Source: Balanoglossus misakiensis
Lineage: Eukaryota > Animalia > Hemichordata
Assembly: GCA_040954595.2 (NCBI GenBank)
Contig: CM082589.2
Location: 1,977,498-2,041,497 of the forward strand
Reading direction: 5' to 3'
Length of the DNA stretch: 64,000 bases
Shown here: in pieces, positions 15,001 to 24,562 of the stretch
How positions within the stretch are numbered: the stretch's first letter is position 1
How the letters are laid out: the number at the start of each line of letters is the position of its first letter
Translations under genes and position numbers: made by a program
Notes under the pieces: generated by a model
Seen by the model: only the letters and a program-made list of their open reading frames with translations
What the model was told of the DNA's origin: nothing
The model's database searches: none

Positions 15001-15434
15001 GATTTTTGACGATTTTCCTGAGCTATAACCCATGATTTCTTCAAAAATCGACGAATTTCGAAAGTTGGGAAAAGTCGAAAATTCGGCGATTTTTGACGAT
15101 TTTCCTGAGCTATAACCCATGATTTCTTCAAAAATCGACGAATTTCGAAAGTTGGGAAAAGTCGAAAATTCGGCGATTTTTGACGATTTTCCTGAGCTAT
15201 AACCCATGATTTCTTCAAAAATCGACGAATTTCGAAAGTTGGGAAAAGTCGAAAATTCGGCGATTTTTGACGATTTTCCTGAGCTATAACCCATGATTTC
15301 TTCAAAAATCGACGAATTTCGAAAGTTGGGAAAAGTCGAAAATTCGGCGATTTTTGACGATTTTCCTGAGCTATAACCCATGATTTCTTCAAAAATCGAC
15401 GAATTTCGAAAGTTCGGAAAAGTCGAAAAATCGG
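13..15434. repeat. 87-bp tandem satellite, subfamily A (~177 monomers)
   Basis: Consensus CGAAAGTTGGGAAAAGTCGAAAA(A/T)TCGGCGATTTTTGACGATTTTCCTGAGCTATAACCCATGATTTCTTCAAAAATCGACGAATTT repeats without interruption. Variation is one common A/T dimorphism, a few recurrent point variants and 1-bp indels. Confidence 0.99.
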
Positions 15435-15445
15435 CGATTTTTCGA
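15423..15445. repeat. Perfect palindrome at the A/B inversion junction
   Basis: TCGAAAAATCG-G-CGATTTTTCGA: 11-bp arms around a 1-nt spacer at 15434. A-type sequence lies to the left and B-type to the right. Confidence 0.95.
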
Positions 15446-18400
15446 GTTTGCGAATTTTCGAAATTTGGTCATTTTTTTGAAAAAACCATGGGTTATAGCT
15501 CAGGAAAATGCTGAAAAATCGACGATTTTTCGAGTTTGCGAATTTTCGAAATTTGGTCATTTTTTGAAAAAACCATGGGTTATAGCTCAGGAAAATGTTG
15601 AAAAATCGACGATTTTTCGAGTTTGCGAATTTTTGAAATGTGGTCATTTTTTGAAAAAACCATGGGTTATAGCTCAGGAAAATGTTGAAAAATCGACGAT
15701 TTTTCGAGTTTGCGAATTTTCGAAATGTGGTCATTTTTTGAAAAAACCATGGGTTATAGCTCAGGAAAATGTTGAAAAATCGACGATTTTTCGAGTTTGC
15801 GAATTTTCGAAATTTGGTCATTTTTTGAAAAAAACCATGGGTTATAGCTCAGGAAAATGTTGAAAAATCGACGATTTTTCGAGTTTGCGAATTTTCGAAA
15901 TTTGGTCATTTTTTGAAAAAAACCATGGGTTATAGCTCAGGAAAATGTTGAAAAATCGACGATTTTTCGAGTTTGCGAATTTTCGAAATGTGGTCATTTT
16001 TTGAAAAAACCATGGGTTATAGCTCAGGAAAATGTTGAAAAATCGACGATTTTTCGAGTTTGCGAATTTTCGAAATTTGGTCATTTTTTGAAAAAAACCA
16101 TGGGTTATAGCTCAGGAAAATGTTGAAAAATCGACGATTTTTCGAGTTTGCGAATTTTCGAAATTTGGTCATTTTTTGAAAAAAAACCATGGGTTATAGC
16201 TCAGGAAAATGTTGAAAAATCGACGATTTTTCGAGTTTGCGAATTTTCGAAATTTGGTCATTTTTTGAAAAAAACCATGGGTTATAGCTCAGGAAAATGT
16301 TGAAAAATCGACGATTTTTCGAGTTTGCGAATTTTCGAAATTTGGTCATTTTTTGAAAAAACCATGGGTTATAGCTCAGGAAAATGTTGAAAAATCGACG
16401 ATTTTTCGAGTTTGCGAATTTTCGAAATTTGATCATTTTTTGAAAAAACCATGGGTTATAGCTCAGGAAAATGTTGAAAAATCGACGATTTTTCGAGTTT
16501 GCGAATTTTCGAAATTTGGTCATTTTTTGAAAAAACCATGGGTTATAGCTCAGGAAAATGTTGAAAAATCGACGATTTTTCGAGTTTGCGAATTTTCGAA
16601 ATTTGGTCATTTTTTGAAAAAACCATGGGTTATAGCTCAGGAAAATGTTGAAAAATCGACGATTTTTCGAGTTTGCGAATTTTCGAAATTTGGTCATTTT
16701 TTGAAAAAACCATGGGTTATAGCTCAGGAAAATGTTGAAAAATCGACGATTTTTCGAGTTTGCGAATTTTCGAAATTTGGTCATTTTTTGAAAAAACCAT
16801 GGGTTATAGCTCAGGAAAATGTTGAAAAATCGACGATTTTTCGAGTTTGCGAATTTTCGAAATTTGGTCATTTTTTGAAAAAACCATGGGTTATAGCTCA
16901 GGAAAATGTTGAAAAATCGACGATTTTTCGAGTTTGCGAATTTTCGAAATTTGGTCATTTTTTGAAAAAACCATGTGTTATAGCTCAGGAAAATGTTGAA
17001 AAATCGACGATTTTTCGAGTTTGCGAATTTTCGAAATTTGGTCATTTTTTGAAAAAACCATGGGTTATAGCTCAGGAAAATGTTGAAAAATCGACGATTT
17101 TTCGAGTTTGCGAATTTTCGAAATTTGGTCATTTTTTGAAAAAACCATGGGTTATAGCTCAGGAAAATGTTGAAAAATCGACGATTTTTCGAGTTTGCGA
17201 ATTTTCGAAATTTGGTCATTTTTTGAAAAAACCATGGGTTATAGCTCAGGAAAATGTTGAAAAATCGACGATTTTTCGAGTTTGCGAATTTTCGAAATTT
17301 GGTCATTTTTTGAAAAAACCATGGGTTATAGCTCAGGAAAATGTTGAAAAATCGACGATTTTTCGAGTTTGCGAATTTTCGAAATTTGGTCATTTTTTGA
17401 AAAAACCATGGGTTATAGCTCAGGAAAATGTTGAAAAATCGACGATTTTTCGAGTTTGCGAATTTTCGAAATTTGGTCATTTTTTGAAAAAACCATGGGT
17501 TATAGCTCAGGAAAATGTTGAAAAATCGACGATTTTTCGAGTTTGCGAATTTTCGAAATTTGGTCATTTTTTGAAAAAACCATGGGTTATAGCTCAGGAA
17601 AATGTTGAAAAATCGACGATTTTTCGAGTTTGCGAATTTTCGAAATTTGGTCATTTTTTGAAAAAACCATGGGTTATAGCTCAGGAAAATGTTGAAAAAT
17701 CGACGATTTTTCGAGTTTGCGAATTTTCGAAATTTGGTCATTTTTTGAAAAAACCATGGGTTATAGCTCAGGAAAATGTTGAAAAATCGACGATTTTTCG
17801 AGTTTGCGAATTTTCGAAATTTGGTCATTTTTTGAAAAAACCATGGGTTATAGCTCAGGAAAATGTTGAAAAATCGACGATTTTTCGAGTTTGCGAATTT
17901 TCGAAATTTGGTCATTTTTTGAAAAAACCATGGGTTATAGCTCAGGAAAATGTTGAAAAATCGACGATTTTTCGAGTTTGCGAATTTTCGAAATTTGGTC
18001 ATTTTTTGAAAAAACCATGGGTTATAGCTCAGGAAAATGTTGAAAAATCGACGATTTTTCGAGTTTGCGAATTTTCGAAATTTGGTCATTTTTTGAAAAA
18101 ACCATGGGTTATAGCTCAGGAAAATGTTGAAAAATCGACGATTTTTCGAGTTTGCGAATTTTCGAAATTTGGTCATTTTTTGAAAAAACCATGTGTTATA
18201 GCTCAGGAAAATGTTGAAAAATCGACGATTTTTCGAGTTTGCGAATTTTCGAAATTTGGTCATTTTTTGAAAAAACCATGGGTTATAGCTCAGGAAAATG
18301 TTGAAAAATCGACGATTTTTCGAGTTTGCGAATTTTCGAAATTTGGTCATTTTTTGAAAAAACCATGGGTTATAGCTCAGGAAAATGTTGAAAAATCGAC

Positions 18401-19280
18401 GATTTTTCGAGTTTGCGAATTTTCGAAATTTGGTCATTTTTTGAAAAAACCATGGGTTATAGCTCAGGAAAATGTTGAAAAATCGACGATTTTTCGAGTT
18501 TGCGAATTTTCGAAATTTGGTCATTTTTTGAAAAAACCATGGGTTATAGCTCAGGAAAATGTTGAAAAATCGACGATTTTTCGAGTTTGCGAATTTTCGA
18601 AATTTGGTCATTTTTTGAAAAAACCATGGGTTATAGCTCAGGAAAATGTTGAAAAATCGACGATTTTTCGAGTTTGCGAATTTTCGAAATTTGGTCATTT
18701 TTTGAAAAAACCATGGGTTATAGCTCAGGAAAATGTTGAAAAATCGACGATTTTTCGAGTTTGCGAATTTTCGAAATTTGGTCATTTTTTGAAAAAACCA
18801 TGGGTTATAGCTCAGGAAAATGTTGAAAAATCGACGATTTTTCGAGTTTGCGAATTTTCGAAATTTGGTCATTTTTTGAAAAAACCATGGGTTATAGCTC
18901 AGGAAAATGTTGAAAAATCGACGATTTTTCGAGTTTGCGAATTTTCGAAATTTGGTCATTTTTTGAAAAAACCATGGGTTATAGCTCAGGAAAATGTTGA
19001 AAAATCGACGATTTTTCGAGTTTGCGTATTTTCCAAATTTGGTCATTTTTTGAAAAAACCATGGGTTATAGCTCAGGAAAATGTTGAAAAATCGACGATT
19101 TTTCGAGTTTGCGAATTTTCGAAATTTGGTCATTTTTTGAAAAAAACATGGGTTATAGCTCAGGAAAATGTTGAAAAATCGACGATTTTTCGACTTTGCG
19201 TATTTTCCAAATTTGGTCATTTTTTGATAAAAATCATGGGTTATAGCTCATGAAAATCTTTAAAAAATGACAATTTTTCG
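15435..19280. repeat. 87-bp tandem satellite, subfamily B (~44 monomers), inverted relative to A
   Basis: Consensus CGAGTTTGCGAATTTTCGAAATTTGGTCATTTTTTGAAAAAACCATGGGTTATAGCTCAGGAAAATGTTGAAAAATCGACGATTTTT. It aligns to the reverse complement of A with about 15 differences in 88 columns and an identical core CATGGGTTATAGCTCAGGAAAAT. Confidence 0.99.
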
Positions 19281-19302
19281 ATTTTCATGAGCTATAACCC
19301 AT
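19236..19302. repeat. Terminal fold-back of satellite array B (23-bp perfect inverted repeat)
   Basis: ATGGGTTATAGCTCATGAAAATC (19236-19258) and GATTTTCATGAGCTATAACCCAT (19280-19302), with a 21-nt spacer. Confidence 0.92.
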
Positions 19303-19536
19303 TATTTTTTTGTCATTTTCATGAGTTATAGCTGGAACTAGTTTATTAACGTTGTATGTGCATGCATGCGTGTTTTGTAACAGAACAAAACCAACAATAG
19401 ATATGTTTGAACTTGACTTTATTCACGACCCGCCTTCTCCCGCTGACGAGCCAATTGATAACAATAAATGCAAGGATCCATGATACATTAATTTGCATCG
19501 AACCTCCGTTAGACCAGACATCAGACATATGTTTCT

Positions 19537-19573
19537 GAACGAACGAATGAATGAATGAATGAATGAATGAATG
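19537..19573. repeat. (GAAT)n microsatellite
   Basis: GAAC GAAC followed by a GAAT run. Confidence 0.9.
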
Positions 19574-19892
19574 GTAAGTGTCGTCTGCCTATCTTGCGCT
19601 TGTGAATTTTGCAAGTTCATGACATATGGCTGATTGTACATCGTTGACACATCAAACTCTCCCGCGATTCTTCTCATTTCCTTCCCGGGGGAAATGACAC
19701 ATTTTGTCCGTGTACTCCGTTCTTCTATTCCGTCTCTCAACATCCCTCGGTGTTTAATTGGCGGACCTATTAGGTGAACCAGAAAAGACGGAATTGTCAG
19801 TGATGGAAATCGACACGATTCGGATGGAAAATGTTCTGGATATGGACGTGGAATCAAATTTTGGCGATGGAGACCACGTATGGGTATGTAAG

Positions 19893-19969
19893 CATGCATA
19901 CATACATGCATGCATACATACATACATACATACATACATAATACATACATACATACATACATACATACA

Positions 19970-20001
<32 letters not shown>

Positions 20002-20016
20002 GATAGACAGACAGAC
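19893..20016. repeat. (CATA)n microsatellite with an (AGAC)n tail
   Basis: Long CATA run with minor interruptions, then AGAT/AGAC units. Confidence 0.95.
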
Positions 20017-20523
20017 GCATGACAGAGGGAGGGGGTTAGAGCGGAAGACGGGCACAAGCAGACATAATTGTAATGGACATACAAACAATAGACATATAAA
20101 CTCTATTGGCCGTGACATATTGTATAGAGACAGTCATAAATTAAGATCTGTTGGTATCAGTGTCCTCATTCGTTTACTTTGGAGTGTAATTTTGTGAGGT
20201 AATTTACGACAATTAGGAAACGGAATGATAGATCATTGAGCTATCTAGAGTGAAGTCGATGACAGCCCAGGCCGTTACAAATGAGTTTTAAGTTTAACAC
20301 ATCACCGACATCAGTTGGTACTTTTAGCCTTTGCACGGCAGATAGATGAGCTGGCCGCTCCTTTCATGGAGTGCTATCGGGTGACAATTACCACCATTAA
20401 CGCTCCACCAGTTTTCGTCACAGCGGAAACTTGCTAAATCGTTAATATTGTTTGCCCCTGTCGGTACTTTAAAAGAGAACTTTCCACTCCGGTAATAGTT
20501 CAGAAAGTCGGACACACCGCTAA

Positions 20524-20731
20524 GGGACGGGTCACTTATTTTCGGCCAGGGGGGGATTCGTGGGGGAGGTCACCCTGTTTTGGAATTGGGTAATGAGGGG
20601 GTGTCATCGGTGAGGGGGGAGGGGTCACCCACTTTTCCCTGTTCAATTAGGGGGGGGGGGGGGGTCAGTCACTTTCTGATATCCACAAAATAGAATCCAC
20701 CGCCCCCAGGCCGAAGAAACTGATCAGTCCC
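20524..20731. mobile_element. Non-autonomous MITE, PIF/Harbinger-like (208 bp)
   Basis: Imperfect TIRs: GGGACGGGTCACTTATTTTCGGCCAGGGGG on the left versus GGGACTGATCAGTTTCTTCGGCCTGGGGG (reverse complement of the right end). TAA flanks both sides (20521-20523, 20732-20734). The interior is G-rich and non-coding. Confidence 0.75.
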
Positions 20732-21665
20732 TAATCTGGGAGCCGCCGTTGCGTGCACACAAGAAGCAGGTGAGACACACAACAAACAACCGGTCATCGA
20801 CTGTAGCAACCTCCGCCGCTAAAATATAATTAACTGGAATTATCCCATTTAATAAACTCGGAATGAAGGCGGTAAATTAATCGATAGCAGGAAAAAAGCG
20901 AGCGGCATAGGAAGTACAGGTAGACGTTTCTGAGCGACTTTGTTTATTTGTTTACGTCGTATTGTCTTGGTTTCTCGGCCAATAGTGCCAACAAAGAGCG
21001 CCGGCGCTCTCACACGTAGCCCGGGTCGTGGTATTGATGACATTCTTGCGGTCGAGGTCTGATTTTGTCGGCCCTTTATGTACTAGTTAATCATGCCGTT
21101 CGGCTTTGAATATCCCGTCCCTGAAGCGCCCTACGGACTATAATACCACCGTATTAAAGGTGAGGCAGCCGGCTAACTGTACAAGCGGTGCGCGGTTCAG
21201 TTAGACAAATCCAAAATAACATCACCCCAGCATATGTGGAAACTCGGCAATGAAATGCGTTGTCATAATGAAACAACCCCTCCGTAAAGGAAAAGCATTA
21301 GTGGGAGGGGGGGGGGGTCCGAAGATGGTAAAGGAGGGGCAACAAACGCGACTGGGTCGGTAGCGCCTTTTCACCGTGTGGTAGTCCATATATGTGACCT
21401 TAGCACCGATTTCGTGTTTATTATTTGTACTGGGGGAGTTTCGGCCACTTTTGAAATGCGCTTGATTATTATTGTTATTTTACTGCGATGTCTTACAGAT
21501 GAAACCTAGCAACCGTTAATAAGGTGCTAATACGGCAATGTTTTTGTCGGCTTCATTCTGGTCTTTACTTGTTTTGTTTACCGAGTAAACTAATATCCAT
21601 GCCGGTTGCTTGTTTATGTTTGAAGTTCAAGTTCACTGAATTTCCTTATCTCTGCCTTCCAGCTT

Positions 21666-21668
<3 letters not shown>

Positions 21669-21732
<64 letters not shown>

Positions 21733-21736
21733 GAGA
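21669..21736. repeat. (GA)n microsatellite
   Basis: About 34 GA units with one interruption. Confidence 0.97.
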
Positions 21737-23491
21737 TACGATCTTGATAGAAGAACAAAATGTAGCCAGCGTCCAGGATGCCCTTACCAGGCCAGGAAAG
21801 CAACGATATGGAAGTCGATTCTGACGCAGATCGTGTTACTGGAAAAAATGGCCGACATATTTTCCAATTAATAGGAAAATTGGAGCTCTGCTTTTGCACG
21901 GCTGAGCAATCAGACGGCGATTGGATTTTACCAACTAGACTGGGATGTCGACCTTTTCGCTGGAGATAACATCATTAGAACCAATGAACCGGTGGGGGGG
22001 GGGGACTCTGGAATTGAACTTAAACGTGGAGATTGATGACAAATTGCATGAGTTGCATTCCGTGGAAAATTTGATAAGTTGGATGTATCTTGTGAAACTG
22101 GCATAAATTCGTACTTAATATGAAAGTACACGACCGGAACTGGGCAGGTAGCTGTGATTTCTAAATTTCTCTAGCAATAAACAATACTTTTCCACCAGTA
22201 AAAGAAGTTTCTGTATTAAAGCGTATCAACAACCGCAAGGCCAGAAAAATACTTTGAACTATATGTATATGCCCAATGGGCAAACGCCTTCCACACGCTC
22301 TCTGTTTTTGGCTTGCTGAGTGCGGGTCGGTCAGTCACACATCTAATGGTATCAGTAAGCTATACCACTCAACCTGTCCACCGTTTTGAGGTCGTTCGTT
22401 TCACGTGCTCACATCCCGTAAACCCCTGCTCTCGCTGACGTCCAATTTTATGGGCACGTAAAATTAAATTAAGGAACTACCGTTGTCTAACCTTGGGGCA
22501 AATTGCATGTAAACCCCCGACTGGCGATAAAAAGGCGGAATATCAAACCGAGAACAAGTCTTTCAGGTCGTGATTTCTTTACGACAGCCGATCCTCCAGT
22601 GGCATGGAAACATTTCCGAAGACGCGCTGGACGCGCTTCTTCTGACGTCATGGCGTGCAACTCTATGGCAATGTGATACTTTGCTGCGCGTCACGCGACC
22701 GAACGCGACGACGCGCAGCAAGGTCGGGACGCGTTTACTAACCCTGCTGTCTGTTTAGGCTTGTATACTGCGGTTTTTTCCAAGTTGTAAATAAGCCCCG
22801 GAAGTTCAAAATTGCGGGAAAGAAACTTGTGGTAATGTAGGTCGCGTCGGCGCGGTCAAGATAAGATAGGTCACATATATGTGACGCATATTGTGGATTC
22901 AAGCCGTCACCCAATGATGTAAAATATAAAATCAGCCCAACAGATAGAAATCGCAATGGACCCGTTTAAATGTTTTTATTATTATCGTACTTTTAAAAGT
23001 TGGAGACAGAGGCATGTCGGATGAGTTAATCAAAATCCGTTTGAGACTTGTTGTTGTAATCCTTCTTGTGTGACGTATAAAGTACTTGCAGGTCGTACAA
23101 AAACACATTATTTCACTTTTACACTGGTAGAATAATAGCATGGTTACTAGGCAACGTCCACATGCCATGTGGATAGGGAATCGTGTGCATTATTTTCATT
23201 CACAATAAGACACAAAACACAAACTGTCCGATACTTTTCATATATTTCAGTGATAAAAATATTACATGTCAATAAAAATATCCCTTTCACGTTTTACAGT
23301 ATGGGGTGATGTCGCTTTCATGAAAGTGCCTTGCGCACTCATAAATGTCATAAAACTGCCCCAAAATATGTCATAAAATGACAGAACAAGATTAACGGCA
23401 TATAGTTTTCATCCCTCTGTTGATAACTCTTTATTATCAAAAGCCGGTTTACGAGAAAGGGTTAAAATGGATGCGTCCAGATTTTTGGGTC

Positions 23492-23738
23492 GTGCTGTTC
23501 CGATTACCCAACCTACCCTAATTTTAGCCCGCCGATCCTAAACTTTTTAGAGCTTCGTATACCCGGAAGTAAAAATAAGGATGTCAAATATACAAAATTT
23601 AAGAAAATTGCGAGAATCACGCAAGAACTACGAAGTCTTTCTTCTACACTACGGCGGCCAAAGATATAAAAAATAGCAAAAACTACCTACCCTATTTTTG
23701 AAAACCATGTAATCGGAACAGCACATATTTTTTTGGCC
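23492..23738. mobile_element. MITE-like element, left end truncated or rearranged
   Basis: Perfect 16-bp inverted repeat GTGCTGTTCCGATTAC (23492-23507) / GTAATCGGAACAGCAC (23709-23724). Internal direct repeat ACCTACCCTA. Right terminus TTTTTTTGGCC followed by TTA (Harbinger-like). No matching outer left terminus. Confidence 0.55.
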
Positions 23739-24494
23739 TTAGAAGTAACTGCAGTAGACGCAATGTCCTGCAAAAAAAGCAAAAATGACAATTGGTTAGT
23801 CAAGACTAGGATTCTGTTTTTTTCGAGTTTGAAGGTAAATAAGGGTAAGACATTCCTCAGGCTGTAACCCGAGACACGGGACTTTCTACGCCCCTCTGTA
23901 ACACTTGACCGTACCTGTATGCTAACACAGGGGTCACAGATTGTGCTTACCAAGGTCACAGAAAATGACAATACCACAAAATGTCTCCGATGCACACCAC
24001 ATATTTTTAAAGAATGGAAATAGCAACAGCAAGGTTTGTCGCGTTTCAAGCAATCCTTTAACGTTTCTCGAACTTCTAAATGAGCGATACTCTCTGGGCT
24101 GGTGATTCACCAACATGGGGTCATTGACCTCAACACAAACAACGCAGTCATATTTGATGTGTACGTACATGAATTGTAAGTCGTTATGTATGTATCAAAA
24201 TACAAATTTGCTTCAATTTCATATATTAAGGCCCATTACCGCGCGCCCTAAACAGATGATGCGTCTACCACAGGAACCATGCAACTGTTACCTGGGCAAC
24301 GTATAGAAGCCATTCCGCCTCCTCACTGACTCACGTGGTTTCATGAACTGCGTAGTTCCGACGCATGGTTACCACGGATTTAAAGGTCACGGGTCACGAA
24401 ATCATCAACCTCGATGAAGTGCGCGTGCACGCACTTCGAAAGACCACCGAGGGTTTAATTAAACACCGAGTGGTCAACATTTTCCAGTCCCGCG

Positions 24495-24507
24495 GTTGCT
24501 AGGCAAC
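24495..24507. promoter_or_regulatory. RFX X-box in a candidate upstream promoter
   Basis: GTTGCTAGGCAAC. Further X-box-like sites at 24287-24300 and 23143-23155, and a DR1 (AGGTCA-C-GGGTCA) at 24384-24396. Confidence 0.5.
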
Positions 24508-24512
24508 CGAAA

Positions 24513-24562
24513 ATGCTGGACTACTGCTCTCTACTTTTCTTGAAGGAAAACAAAATCCGCAG
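24513..24562 (+). CDS. Candidate upstream first coding exon of the kinase (MLDYCSLLFLKENKIR + AG)
   Basis: ATG 5 nt after the X-box, 16 open codons, and a phase-2 donor CAG|GTATGA. It joins in frame to the acceptor TTTGTCAG|A-ATG at 33138/33139. No homology support. Confidence 0.35.

Noticed and set aside
84-19253. Very long repetitive ORFs (up to 1431 aa) as protein-coding genes
   Set aside because: They arise from an 87-bp period divisible by 3. Several overlapping frames are open, 1-bp frameshifts are frequent, and there are no unique N- or C-terminal domains.
13-19280. CRISPR-like array
   Set aside because: No unique spacers and no cas genes; the context is eukaryotic.
19423-20118. ORFs with MYVC/HTYI repeats
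   Set aside because: These are translations of the (CATA)n microsatellite.
20975-21165. Possible non-coding first exon (CCAAT at ~20979, donor AAG|GTGAGG at 21160)
   Set aside because: The motifs are short and common, and nothing links them to downstream exons.
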